Of a stretch of 64,000 nucleotides of DNA, positions 14,448-28,074 are shown one piece after another. This DNA is from Octopus sinensis (Eukaryota). Numbering within the stretch: the first letter of the stretch is position 1; every line of letters begins with the position of its first letter. The stretch spans positions 53,382,001 to 53,446,000 of the forward strand of contig NC_042999.1 in assembly GCF_006345805.1 (NCBI RefSeq), read 5' to 3'. Both the position numbers and the translations under genes were made by a program. The notes beneath the pieces are model-generated. The model worked only from the letters and a program-made list of their open reading frames with translations, made no database searches and was not told the DNA's origin.

Positions 14448-14553
14448 TGTGTTTTGGTATAATTCAGAAATAACACAAACAATAAATTAAACAAAAATAA
14501 CCAACTAACACTGACCTCAATGGCCACTTGAATGCCCATATTCTACGGGATAT
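14422..14553. repeat. 132-bp direct repeat, copy 2
   Basis: near-identical to 13520-13651. Confidence 0.9.
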
Positions 14554-14869
14554 TCTCCTCTTTCGTATTACTAAATAACCTCAAGGCAAATGAATCAATG
14601 TGTTTGTCTCTTAACATGCATAGCGGCTATGGCAGGGGGATATACCACCTAATAACTGGATTCCGTTTACCCAACGGATGTAGAAGTGCATGCGCTCTAA
14701 TCTGATCAGACTGGAACTGAAGAAATGTACGATGGACATATTGTAAATTATAACGAGGACGCACACAATCACCACGTTTTGCCGGCCATCCATGGAGAAC
14801 TTCCTCTCAGGCTATTTCTAGGTGAAACTAACGATTCTGCTAGTCACAATTCCGCTGTACCTGAAGTTC

Positions 14870-16100
14870 TTTAACAGAAACAGATCCCACGGAAACTTAC
14901 TCTGTTAACTTAGCACCTCTATAAAAATCTATTTCCCCTTCCAGATAGGCATCCTAGACGTGTTACTCTACAACAGCCTCTTAAATCACTATTAAAAAAA
15001 TGTTCGTATTTTTTCCTCCTTTCGTTCCATACGAAACTCCAGAGATCTCCATATGATTGATGAGACATCCTTCCGAGCATTGTGAGTTGACTCCTGGACA
15101 TTATATCGATATTCTTCAATTATACTTTCTCCAATTCATTATTCACACTCTGCACGTTATTAGTGATTCTGCCGCCCACTATGTTGACTGCTAGCATGAA
15201 ACTTAATTTAGTTATTAACATCTTCACTCAACAAAAATATTCGTTAATGGGGACTATACTGTTAATTTGAACACTGTCTGGTATGCGTATATATCAAAGA
15301 CATGCATACTTTCTTTGACTGCTATATCCATTCCACCTTTATTTTATTCATATTTCATCTCAAATCACGTTCACTATAACAAATTAATGTTGCACCAAAA
15401 AGTGCAGTTGACTTTTGCACTTGTCATGAACTTCCTCGGCTTTGTTAAATATAATTGACAAAGTGATCAAAGCGATTATAAACAAGATAAGATTGACATC
15501 TTGAAAGATTCCTCTTCTAACCAGTAAAACTACCAATCTCTCCTCCTCAATCGATAACTCAACTTTCTTCTGTTGCATTACATCATCTTGCCGATATTTA
15601 GCCCACACCAAACATCTTAAATAATTCTACACATCATCTGATCGGCGTATATGGAACTGGGTGATATCCCTGTCTATAACTATCTTTGCGCTGTGTAAAT
15701 GCTTCATTCGCTTTCTCCAATCATTCAATATTATTTGCCAATCATTAATTACTTTGCTTTGTTTTTTTTCTCGTGGGCCTTTCTGTTCAACATTTATTAA
15801 ATGTTAGTATATCACTTCTGTATTATTCATATTAGAGGTTTCCGTAGAGGTCCCTATCACATAATTGGTCATCAATTTGAGATAATGATTTCCTTCTATT
15901 AGTCTTTCACTATCAGTCAGTTGTTTTTTCCTTCCTTTAGTTAACCCCTGCTGCATTCTCTTTGAGATGCACACATTGAGCCGCATTATTTTCTAATACT
16001 TTCAACCAAAAGACGTAGAGAGAGTGAAGAAGTTCTCCATTTTCTTGAGTTATTTCAATTGCTTTTGAATATTTGCTGTATAAGTTTCTTCTAAATTTAT
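14870..16100 (-). mobile_element. R4/Dong-type LINE RT fragment
   Basis: RRGIFQDVNLILFIIALITLS (RGIFQGDSLSPLLF-like), QQGLTKG, KNIDIMSRSQLTM. Confidence 0.7.
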
Positions 16101-17638
16101 ACGTATTATTATTGCGACTGTGATTCTTTCACAAATTTCTCCACAGAACAGATTCTTTCTTCAGTCTTCGGTTTTACATAATCATATCTTTGAATTTCCC
16201 CCACGAATATCAAATGAAGGTTACTGGATTCTTTGAAAAAAAAGCGTTTATGCTCACATTCTGTTTTTCCTGCCAACTTTCAGATTTTAGCATCGCTGTC
16301 TCTTAGTTATTGATTCGTTGTTTCACTTTCTTTGTCATTTCTCTCTTAAGTTCGTTCTAATCTACATTTCGACTCTTTTGTAACTTTACCCAGATATTAC
16401 TGATCCAAATTATTTATGTCGAAAGCTACCAATCCTAGCATACAACGAACTGTGTTTTTTTTTTTATCTCTTATACAAACTGGAAAGCGGACAGAACAGA
16501 GCAAGCAGAATATTGTGACCGATGATTACAAGACTGGAACTTTGTTGCAACTGAGGTAGCAAGTAGATTTGATATCAAAGTCAGGTAAAAGCTGAAAAAA
16601 GAATACGATAATGACTTGAAGTATGAACTTGTCAAATACTAAACTAATGGACTTGACTGAGTCATGACTGCGAAATATAATTTGGATTAGGAAACTGTGG
16701 TGAAGTGTTTAAGTATAAAAACTGGAGCGCTATAGCTTAATCATGGAGTGGGTGTAGTGCAGAAAATTTGGTTACGTGGATGAGCCAGAATTATTCAACA
16801 ATTCCATGTTTCAGTAAATACAGACACAAACAGCATAGAAGATATTTATATCGTAGGTTCTGTAGAGATTTTAACGATCTTATTCAGATCCCCCAGTTTA
16901 GAACCATGGCCAAAATATTCCATCATTTAAGGCAAAGCTAGCAACACGAATTTGACTTTGGCACCATAAAAGTCATTAACACCAATGTGAACAACCTTAG
17001 AAGAGATCGGTCGTACGCTGTATAAAGCAGTGGTAGTTTATTTGTGAATTTAGTGTTAAGTAGTTGTACAGAAGGTTCTAGAAGAATTAAGAAACGTTAT
17101 AAAAGCTGCGATATTGATCTCCACAGGTACTACAGGACTCTGTTGGTCAATATTGTGATAAGATGTTCTCACGTTTACTACTTATTCTCTCTTTGATAAG
17201 TATGAACAATTTTCATTTACATAACATATTTATGCTATGAAGACGTTCGCTTATCATATTCGCTGCTCTATGTGTGTTGCTTTATTCAAATAATGGTTGA
17301 AGATGTGTAAATACAAATCTTTCGTGTGATAGAAAATATGGAAACTTATAAAAATATCTGTGGTTATTTGCAACTCTACTCACATCCTACCTGATATACA
17401 AACTGTCGTGGAATAAGATTAAACAATTTTTTTTCGAGTAGCAGACATTTTAAAGTTCAACGCTAAACAACTGCTAGTCTGAATATAATTATGTTTCATT
17501 TCGTAAATCCAGAATCTGTGTTACTGAAACGATTCAGTTCAAGCGATAAACAACAACGAAAACGTAAACTAAAACAAAAAAACAAGTATTTCAAAAACAA
17601 AAGCAGCAGTACATGTTTTTCCAAATTTTGGCAAAAGG

Positions 17639-17665
17639 TATTATTATTATTATTATTATTATTAT

Positions 17666-17703
<38 letters not shown>

Positions 17704-17945
17704 ACAGCAGCAGTAGTCGTAGTAGTAACAGCAGTAGTAGTAGTAGTAGTAGTAGTAGTAGGAACAGCAGCAGCAGTAGTAGTAGTAGTAACAGCAGTAG
17801 TAGTAGTAGTAGTAGTAACAGCAGCAGTAGTAGTAGTAGGAACAGCAGCAGTAGTAGTTGTAGTAGAAGTAGTAACAGCAGCAGCAGCAGTGGTAGTAAC
17901 AGCAGCAGCAGTAGTAGTAGTAGTTGTAGTAGAAGTAGTAGCAGC

Positions 17946-17980
<35 letters not shown>

Positions 17981-18011
17981 AGTAGTAGTAGTAGTAGCAG
18001 CAGCAGCAGCG
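17639..18011. repeat. compound trinucleotide array (TAT)n(TAG)n/(CAG)n
   Basis: seen directly; recurrent AAC-AGC-AGT subunits. Confidence 0.95.
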
Positions 18012-18089
18012 ATAATGATAATAACAGTCTCAAGTATTTGGGAATAAGATATAATTAAAAACAAGGAAAAGAAGGGAATCAGACGGGTA

Positions 18090-19165
18090 CTTCAGAAGGT
18101 TCAAGTTCTGACAGAAATCTAAATTAAAAAGTGAATGAGTTGAGGTATTGTGAGGTATGTGGTCGCTCTTCTGAAATGCAACAAAGAGGAACTGCAAGTG
18201 CAGAAGGCTTTGCATAAAAAGGACAGTTGTGGACAAGCTGTATATGAAACGTAAAAATGGAGGAAGGAGATCGATCAGTGTAAAGGATTGCATGTACATG
18301 GAAGTGAAGAGTCTCACTCAGTATCGCGATGAAAGCACTGAAGAATTGCTAGTATGAGGGAACAATGTTGACATACCAAGAGAAGGACAAAGAAAAGATG
18401 AAGTACTTGAAAAGAGAAAAGGAAAGTTATTTGGGAAAGCATTTACATACTGATTATATGAAGAACCCTGAGGCAGACGGAGGCGAAGAGACCTGACTCC
18501 TGGACATTATATCGATATTCTTCAATTATCCTTCAATTCTTCTATTGGTTGGAAAAGGGAATTCTCATTAAAGAGACTGATGGCAGCTCAGGATCGAACC
18601 CTGTGGACAAATTGTGCAAAATGTAGGACAGTAGTCAATGTATCTCTATTGTGCCTTAATATTCCAAACAGCCACAGATAAACAGTAAACGTATTAGAGA
18701 TATGATAAATGTTGCAAGGATTATCCATTACCAAATGTGTAAGACGTGTGGACGTTCATTGCTATGAACATGCAGTGGGAAAAAGAGAATGATAGGGTTA
18801 AACTTCTTTGAGACATTTCTATGGATATGAATCATGTCCTAGAGAACAACATTAACAAGTGATGTAAGAGCACTGATAGCACAAAAGAACATAATATTGG
18901 CTTAAAACAATAAAGTCTGTACATTGATTGACACGAATATTCTTTCTGGTCATCATATCTCGGCAAAAGGATTTGAAAAGCTAAATATATATTTAAAAAT
19001 TGCTCATTGAAACGGGGGAAAAAATGGCATCGCAGGACGGTTCCAATACCAGTGATTGTATGAGCACAATGAATAATTTTAAAAAATGAAATGAAGATTA
19101 TTTGAGACTGAATCTCAGCTGGCCATTCATGCAAGAATTGGAAAAGATAATTATAACTGGTACGA
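18090..19165 (+). mobile_element. R4/Dong-type LINE 3' fragment, decayed
   Basis: VDKLYMKRKNGGR, WLEKGILIKET, downstream REL-like region. Confidence 0.7.
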
Positions 19166-19224
19166 CACACGTACTGAGGAGTTCATTGTCTCTGTGATTT
19201 TTCTTTCTTTTTACCCCCATTTTT

Positions 19225-19605
19225 TCTTTGTTTAGGTTTTGGCGATGGTTAACATCAAGAGAGGTATATTTCAAAGACATAGCCTATCAACCTTGCTGTT
19301 TGTGATTTGTATGATACCCCTCGCACAGATACTACGAAGAATGACATTGGAGTGGACTTGAAAAGAGGAAGAAAATTAAATCATCTGTTATATATTTAAA
19401 GATCTTTGGGAAGACCGAACGTGAAATAAATGGCCTAGTTTCAACAGTGCAGACATTCAGCAAGCATATGGCAATAGAATTTGGGACTAAAAAGTGTGAC
19501 ATTGTCATAATACAAAAAAAAGTAATTAGTGTTGTCTGATCGTGTCGATCTGCTCAAAGCAAGGAAATCAAAGATATTGAAACTAATGGATATAAATATC
19601 TTCAC
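19225..19605 (+). mobile_element. R4/Dong-type LINE RT fragment
   Basis: VNIKRGIFQ..LLFVICMIPL, INHLLY, IEFGTKKC. Confidence 0.8.
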
Positions 19606-19707
19606 TAGATGACAATGACACTCTTCTTTTAATTTTGACTCTATATCTTCTGGCGGAGTTACCTCAATCCTTTATATAATAATAATAATCTTTTATATAA
19701 TAATGAC

Positions 19708-19760
<53 letters not shown>

Positions 19761-19799
19761 TTATGATGATGATGATGATGATGATGATAAAAATAAATA

Positions 19800-20332
19800 T
19801 GTCCTGATGCAGTACCAGGCAGTGGCCCCTATGGCTTCTGATCTTAACTGATTGGAAGTGTTATCATGTACATTGTTTTGTCTTGGCATGAAGGATGGGC
19901 TACAGCAAATATACTGCTCAATACCACAGATTTGCTTGTCAGTTATTTTACCTTAACCAGTTGAGGATGTTCTTTTGTGGCTGACGATATGTGCATCTCT
20001 GATCACGAGCAGAAGTAGTGGAGGAGTATCATAGCTATGTACTGAGAGGGATTCTTTACGGTTCGGATAATTCATCTCTGGAAATATGGGTGTTTTGTTC
20101 AACATCCTTAAACAACACCTATTCAGGGACTTTTTGAGCGGGATGGACTACTCAACCTGAAAAAAATTCTAATTCCCCCCACTCCCGCTGCAAGGTCATG
20201 CGCTGTTTTCTTGATATGAGATCACCATGTTGCGCATGTATGGTTGTGATGCATTACCTCGCGTATCCTTATCAGACGCGTCGTCCTGATGGGTATACTG
20301 GGCTTTGTATATTTTACCCCAGTGTCACTTTG
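19800..20332. repeat. unclassified complex element between (AAT/GAT)n tracts
   Basis: about 530 bp of complex sequence bounded on both sides by (GAT)n/(AAT)n; likely a retroposed repeat; orientation unresolved. Confidence 0.45.
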
Positions 20333-20345
20333 AGGATGATGATAG

Positions 20346-20376
<31 letters not shown>

Positions 20377-20439
20377 GATGATGATGACGATCATGATGAT
20401 GACAATGATAATGATAATAATGATAATAAGCTCGGTACA

Positions 20440-21119
20440 AGACAACGACCGCAATCATCTAGGATATATCGATCCAAACTGACTAAGGCATAAAATCTAA
20501 TCGTCCAGACATAATAGTCAAGGATTGAGAAAAAAATGGCTGCCTACTGATAGACACTGCAGTCTCTTCTGATCCAAATATTGTTGAAAGAGTAGTGGAG
20601 AAATTGTCCAAGTACAAAGACCTCGAAATTGAAGTAATCAAAATGTGGGGCATGAAGATAAAAACATACCAATAATAATTGGAGCATTGAACGTGATAAA
20701 AAAAGAAACCATACAAACAAAAATGTAGAAGCTATACCTGGATCCTCCACACTACACACTGTCCAAAGATAGCCCTGTTAGGAATATCTCACAGCCTACG
20801 CAAAACACTGTCAATCCAATGATACAACCTCAACGAAACAACCCACGAATACAAGACACACTTTATACAATTACCCAGAGAAATAAACTCCCACCAGCAA
20901 GCTAGAAGACCAAGGCATTACACACTCAAGACACAATACAAGCAGCAACACAACAAAAGACAGCACCATACTTCAAGGAAATAAAATCTAACACAATACA
21001 CTACCGGGAAGAGTTGGCGTACTCACAACAACAGAAAAGAACACACAATGATGTACACACTCCAATTACACGGAGGTGTAGCAGGTGATGCAGAAGAAAT
21101 TTGCCTCAATCTGAACAGT

Positions 21120-21158
<39 letters not shown>

Positions 21159-21178
21159 TAATAATAATAATGATAATA
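20440..21178 (+). mobile_element. R4/Dong-type LINE 3' end (REL endonuclease, 3' UTR, (TAA)n)
   Basis: NRPDIIVKD..CLLIDTAV..EKLSKYKDLEIEVIKMW..IIIGAL; ends in (TAA)n. Confidence 0.85.
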
Positions 21179-21184
21179 ACAGTT

Positions 21185-21930
21185 GGGCAGTATTTTTATT
21201 CAGCTATTCAGCAGCTTTTGTAGATTGGACAAAAACTGAATTAGCAAAGCTAGAAAGAACTAGAAAGGCAAACATGGCACATCGAAAATCTCAGTCAGAC
21301 AGCAAATGTAGAATCTGCAGGAAAAGAAACGAAATTATCAATAATATTTTGAGTGAGTGAAGTAAACTAGTTCAAAAGGAGTATAAGAACAGAGATGACT
21401 GTGTAGGCAAAGGAATGCATTGGGATGTTAGCTGAATATGTGGCTTCAAAGCAACAGAAAATTGCTATGAACACGACCTAGAGACTGATATAGAAAATTT
21501 GAATTACAAAACCTTCTGAGAATTTTTCATAAACTCTTACCTGATTACCAGAGCAAGAAGATCAGATTTGATTTCAGATAACAAAATAAACAAAGAGTAT
21601 AAGATCACAGTGTTTGAAATTCTCACCAGAATTTTTTGAATCAATGAATACCAGCATCTAGACAGAGTGCTGGGGAGACTGGAAGACCAAGGCAACAACA
21701 ATTATCCTTGTAGTAATAAATACACTTGGCACTTCACCCAAAATGCTATCTAAAAGACTGAAAGAAATTGGAATTAAAACTCAGACTGTCGATCTGCAGA
21801 AAAGTACCATTCTGTATTATGCAAGCCTCTAAAGAAGAATTCTTGAGATTTAAAAAGACTTGGGCTTACCAAACCTCAAAACAAAATACCTGGTACATAA
21901 ATTAGTATTCACTAACATCATAATAATAGA
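21185..21930 (+). mobile_element. R4/Dong-type LINE 3' fragment
   Basis: DWTKTEL, CRIC..EIINNILSE..KEYKNR..MHWDV zinc-knuckle region, REL remnants. Confidence 0.75.
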
Positions 21931-22150
21931 TACTTCGTTTGGTATGCTTAGTCGAATCATATATTCGATATATAGAGCTCGATTCGATCTCACATCACAT
22001 TCACCGATTTTATAACGAATTTGGAAATAAACAGATTAGAAAAGTATGCTGAGAAGTATTAGGAAAACATCAGAAGAAATAAATACAAAAAAACATGCTA
22101 TTAAATTTTGCCATTAACATTCAAAAAGTAGTGTGAGAATACTAAATTCA

Positions 22151-22207
<57 letters not shown>

Positions 22208-22573
22208 CATACATACATACATACATACATACACACACACACACTTAAGAAAAATTGTTAAAATACATATCATCCATCATGCAAGAAAAGGAAATATACC
22301 TATCAAGCATATTATTAGTTTTGTGAAAATTTGTGTCATTTTATATTTTTAAAATTATCTTAGTGAAAGATAGTTACACCTACGAAACATTGTAACAGGT
22401 TTTCAGAAAAAAAAATATCTGTTATTCAAAGTTTTCTCACGGGCCATCTTGTATCAACATTTCACAACTAATATAATGATTTTTTCTTTTTTTTTTACTT
22501 TTAATACTTTCAATGGCTTCACTTATTAAGATATTAGTAGTTTACGAAGAATACATACAAATATATATATGGA

Positions 22574-22610
<37 letters not shown>

Positions 22611-22617
22611 ATATATC

Positions 22618-22691
<74 letters not shown>

Positions 22692-22910
22692 GTAATATAT
22701 ATATATATATATATATATATGGAATATATATATATATATGTCTGTATGTATGCATATATACAAAGACATGCGTGTGCCAGTTGCTATATATGACTACATA
22801 CATAAACGTTTGTGTGTATGTGTGTAGAGAGTGAAGTATACATAATTAGATACGGTTATTTTTAAATATACACACACATACATAAGTACATGCATATATA
22901 CATACATACA

Positions 22911-22950
<40 letters not shown>

Positions 22951-23325
22951 AACACTAAGTAAATCTTGTATAAAATACTAGAAATGGTGCTGTGTCTCGA
23001 AAGAAAATGATACAGAATTCAATTTAGTTATTACGAATAAAAGGATATGGTTTCGATTTCTATCCGGGCAGTTCGTTGTGTCTTTGAGTACACCACTTCA
23101 TTTCACTTTGGTCCAGTCAACTCCGTTATAAATTATCAAATGCCGATTCGGATTTATCTTGACTCAAGTTTGGTAGTGCCTAAATAGGCCCCTAAAACTA
23201 GAGAAGGTAGGAAATAAGAAGCTTGTTTATACTACCTCGGTTATTACTGAATGAGCTAATGCAACCAAGATTGGGTGCGTTAAAATAGGAATTTTAAAAA
23301 TTTTGATAAAAAGACCAAGTATAAG

Positions 23326-23481
23326 TGCAGCTGTGGATGTCTGAGAATAAAATTATTTCATAGAATTCCGAGTTAAGTCTCACTGCATGACTTCTGGGGC
23401 ATGTGTCTTCTAATATAGCCTCATGCCGACAAAGCGTTGTGAGGAGATTTGGTAGACGGAAACTGAAAGACGTCCGTCGTG

Positions 23482-23482
<1 letters not shown>
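23326..23482 (+). mobile_element. SINE family B, decayed
   Basis: GATTTGGTAGACGGAAACTGAAAGA shared with 45095-45135 on the minus strand. Confidence 0.75.
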
Positions 23483-23515
<33 letters not shown>

Positions 23516-24159
23516 GTTTCTTTATCATTGATAGGGTTTCTTTATCATTGGTTTGAAACGTAATTTATGAGTTGCTTTAAACAAAAATGATACTTGTAAC
23601 GAGATGGTAGAGCTCAATATATTTATGCACCAGAGTAAAGCTTTTCGGGAGAACAGGAATTAATATCATTTAATGAATGAAAAGAGGACTAAATTTGGCT
23701 TACCGTCTCCATTTGCTTACAGCTGCGTCCCCTGTGACAAATAAGGCACTTTGAGATGATTGCATGTGTAACATCACATAGTTTCCACGGAGCACTTAAA
23801 ATCACACGATCGTTATTGCGAAAAGCATTTAAATATATGGCGCCCAAGTCGAAGCTCTACGTGTGATGCAGGTTATTACAGAAAGAGATATAAGCTAATG
23901 AAGGTGATAAACTGATGCCATTTATTTTGTTATTCATTTAAACAACTCCCTTTATTCCTCCTCATTATCTCTCTTTCTGTCTCACATATACGTACATGAA
24001 CGCACACATACACACAGGCACACACACATATATATGCATACATAAATATATACATTATATATAGATATATGCATACATACATACACACATATATACACAT
24101 ATACAGATACATACATATATATATATAAAGAAATTACAGAAGGAACAGGACAGGCACGC

Positions 24160-25400
24160 ACTTTCGATATTCGTGACATTAAAATTTATATAAAATTTAT
24201 ATAAATACGCATTTTCTTAAGAAGAATCTTTTTGCCCATGTTGAGTGTGGAGTTTATGAATGAAAGATTCAACAAGAAGAAAAATCTAAGGGGAGGGAAT
24301 TTGTTATCGTTATTATCGTGGACAGGGGAGATAATTTTTCATCTTTCAGTATTGAGGGGAAATATATATATACACAAATTTTCAAAAACTAGATTAGTGG
24401 GGAGAAATATGTAGAGTGATGGGTATGTAATCGTGAATTTAAATGAGTTAAGTTAATTATGTGTGCATATTTAGACGTGTTCTGCAGTTTACGATGAATA
24501 AATTTTCTTTATTTAAACGTTCTTGTAAAGAAATTTATCTTTGCACTGGTAGAAGGGGAAAACTGTGAAAGTTGATCTGATGTTGCCTGCACATCACTCT
24601 ATGTGTTCACTTAAAAGAATATTGCAGGAATTGGATCTGCTCTTCATGTAGAGTGGTTCTCTGTCTCATGTCATACTTGTCTGTCCTATATAGTAATGTT
24701 CACAACCCGAGTAAGTTATTACATAAATTAGAATCTCAGCAGCACAAGTGAAGTCCGTTTTAATCGTGAAGCCCTCACCTTGTTTGAAAAGGAAAGCCGA
24801 GCAATCAAGTAGGTTGGAGCATGTTCCACAGTTTAAGCGTCCACATTTTTAACCATTGGTTTCGTGGTTGATGTGTAAAGCTTCGCATTTGTTAGAAGTC
24901 TCTTAACGATTTGTGTTGCTTTTTGCATCTGATGAGTTTATGCGCTTTCAGTATGTTGTTCATTTTTGGGTCTCTAGTTAGTAAAGAGAGATTTTGCACA
25001 ACAGTGTTGCATGCATCATTGTTTCTAGGGTTGGGGGTTCGATATATACAGTAGTGTTTTGAGATGAGGTGTGGTGTTATGTTTTTATGTCTAATTTCCA
25101 GGCACGCTTAATTCGTGTACAAGTGAGGGCGGATATTGATTTCAGTTAGTGTTGTTTGTAGGTGTTAAAGACGAAGGTCAAGTGTAGCTCTATCAGACAC
25201 TATTGTGCAAATCTTTTTTGCTAAATTAAAGGGGATTTTTATTTTGATGTGTTTTGGGTGGTATGAGCTTTCGAGTCAATTGGTTTATGATAGATATCAA
25301 ATATAATTTGGTTGTTGACTTTTTTAATTCAGAAATGGAAGCTGTGCTTTGCTATATTCCGTTGTGGATTGAATGTTACTGTTTATGTCATTTAGTGTTG
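24160..25400 (-). mobile_element. Penelope-like element (RT C-terminus, Cys linker, GIY-YIG endonuclease, pLTR)
   Basis: CGRLNCGTC; FTCAAEILIYVITYSGCEHYYIGQT..LH..EHI GIY-YIG signature. Confidence 0.85.
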
Positions 25401-25414
25401 ATTTGAATTCCAAA

Positions 25415-25570
25415 CGTTTGTCATTCATAAACACCACATACGACATGGACAAAGAATTCTTCCGAGAAACTGTGTATTCAAATAAATTTTAATGTCATGA
25501 ATAGCGAAAGCGAAACCGGTCGACAAACACAAGATATAATGAAAATCATATTAAAACTATGTAAGCGTGT
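25415..25570 (+). mobile_element. inverted pLTR copy of the adjacent Penelope element
   Basis: TCATTCATAAAC.CCACA..ACATGG..AAATTTTAATGTCA.GAATA.CGAAAG is the inverted homologue of 24160-24265. Confidence 0.8.
25493..25525 (+). ncRNA. minimal type I hammerhead-like motif (two core substitutions)
   Basis: TGTC-ATGAATA-GCgaaaGC-GAAA-CCGG-TC-GACA. Confidence 0.7.
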
Positions 25571-25611
25571 GCATTTTTCTTCTTTAATTTCTTATATATA
25601 TTATTTTTTTA

Positions 25612-25809
25612 TTACCCACAAGAGGCTAAAGACAGAGGGGACAAACAAGGACAGATATCGACCCCAGTGCGTAACTGGTACTTAATTTATCGACCTCGAA
25701 ATGATGAAAGGCAAAGTCGACCTCGGCGGAATTTGAACTCATAACGTAACGGCAGACGAAATACGGCTACGCATTTCGCCCGGCATGCTAACGTTTCTGC
25801 CAGCTCGCC
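25612..25809 (-). mobile_element. SINE family A
   Basis: homologous to 8725 and 41992 copies. Confidence 0.9.
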
Positions 25810-27292
25810 ATATATATACATATATATATATACATACATATAGGTGTATATATATATATATTTATATATATATATCCATATATATATACATGTGCTTAAC
25901 TCCCCTACCCTTTTCATCTGACTCCCCTCCTCTCGTCTCTTACTCTGACACCTAATTCCTGTCTTCACTCCAATCCACCTTCTGTCTTCGTTGGTACCCT
26001 CTCCATCCACACCCACCCAACACATCCCCACACATCTCACTCATACTTACCCCACCTATACCCCCACACCAATCCTCATAAACTAGCACTGACCACTTCT
26101 CAGTATTATATAAATACGCATTCCCACCATCATTACCACACGCACACACCATAATCCACACACGCGCACACTTACACATCCACATGTTAAAAATCACTAG
26201 ATCCTACCCCCACACACACACTCACATACATATACGCACGCGCACCTTCGTTTTGGGATCACCAGTATTATCTCCCCTTATTTCTAGCTCACCTGTCAGA
26301 CTATTTTTCCCCACCAGTTGCTATCAATGATCGCTAAGTCCACCAGTTTTCTGTTTTTTATTCCCTCTCTGTTTATTTCCTCATATATATTTCTGTTGAA
26401 GAGCTTAGGCTCGAAACATAAACGACTTTCTCACTTTCCCAAGTGTCAAACTATTGCACCTGCTTGTTGTTCATACACCTGTCTTCGTCTTTTGTTTTTC
26501 TGTAAATTCCAACTATATATATAATTAAAAGACTAGATAATGTTGCAAAAGGCAGAAAAAGGTATGTTAGAGAATGTTTGATATATTTGTTACTGTGAGT
26601 GATTTAAAATATAACCGGTTTCGATCTATCCATCTTACCAAATATTAAAAAGATTTTTCAGAGAGTCAAAGAGAAAAAAGCTGGGTGTTAACAGTTTGTA
26701 GCCATGTTTTAGTGTATAGTGACATTTTAGTTCAGGGTCACTGCTTATATATAATTTGTCTATGTAGGTTTGGGGTGGCGTTCAGGAACTCTAATGAAAA
26801 GAGGTCTTTTGAATTGAATAGGTAGTTTCTATTCAGGATATGGCCAGCTGTGTGTATATGTTTTTGGAATATATTGTCAAAATATTTTTTGTTTTTCCTT
26901 TTACTATTGAGAGAAATGCGTGCGCTTATCATTCCGTACAAACAAATGTTCAAATTGATTATATTCGTTTTTAATCGATTGTAGTTCTCCGTAAACAAAC
27001 ATGAAACAGATGTCTATTTTTAATTTTCAACATAATTTATTTTTAATAAAATTCATTGCCGTCATATGGTTTCCGTTGGCCATACGTTTTTCTTTCTGTA
27101 TAAATATTTAATTTTGGCATTAGAAGAATATAAACACATACTTTATGCTTGTAAAGTATGTTTATTTTCGCTTTTGGCCAACTTATTAATGATATTAAAT
27201 CAATGACGGACGGAAACAAAATATATTTACACACTAGAAAAATATATGTATATATTCATTATATCTAACTAGCTATTCATCATTCTGTGTGT

Positions 27293-27762
27293 GTAACAGT
27301 AGAGGTACAGGTATAAATCCATTACGGCTATTTCTAACTATTCATTTAATTGGCCAATGAAAACATTACATTGTTGTAAAGAAACCGATTTTGTCAGAGG
27401 ACTTCATGAACTTCAAAATAAAAAAACATTCAAAATGATTTAACATAGTTTAAAATCCCGGAGTCAATTATTCTTTCCTCCTCCTAAAATCCCTACTAAC
27501 CTCCAAGTTTTTCCCTTCTCATCAAATATACACCATTCTGGTAAATCCATCCGGTCAACTGAAATAATAGAAGAATCACTGTTTAAAATCCGCAGAGTAA
27601 AACCATTTACAATGTCAAATCATTTTGAATGTCCTTTATTCAAGTTCATGAATTCCTCTAACGGAAACGGTTTCTTTGCTATGATGTAATGCTTTCATAA
27701 GTCAATTAAAGGAGTCGTTAGAAACGGCCGTATTGGATTGACACCGGAACCTCTAGTGTTAC
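27293..27762. mobile_element. MITE/fold-back element with about 155-bp imperfect TIRs
   Basis: GTAACAGTAGAGG..AAATGATTT (27293-27446) mirrors about 27612-27762. Confidence 0.8.
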
Positions 27763-28074
27763 TCATTTATATGTTATTCACTTCTATCGGAACCTGCGCT
27801 TCGGAACTATTATGGACCGTATATTTAATATAAGCTACATGTCTGAAGACCGTATATTTAATATACGCTATATGTCTGAAGAGCTCAAGAGCGGATTTCT
27901 TCGCTCATCTGGGTCTAAATGTCTACATACACTGACTGGATGAATATCATTCTGCCGATAATTGCGTACCAAGTTTGATATTTACATAATATTGTTGTGT
28001 GTGTATACTATTCCGACCTAACGATGTACTTTAATTCAAGCACCTGATACAACTGAATCTCATATATATACAAT

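Noticed and set aside
17491-18064. Overlapping poly-Val/Ser/Leu/Tyr ORFs
   Set aside because: Products of a trinucleotide array that is stop-free in several frames; no splice or domain context
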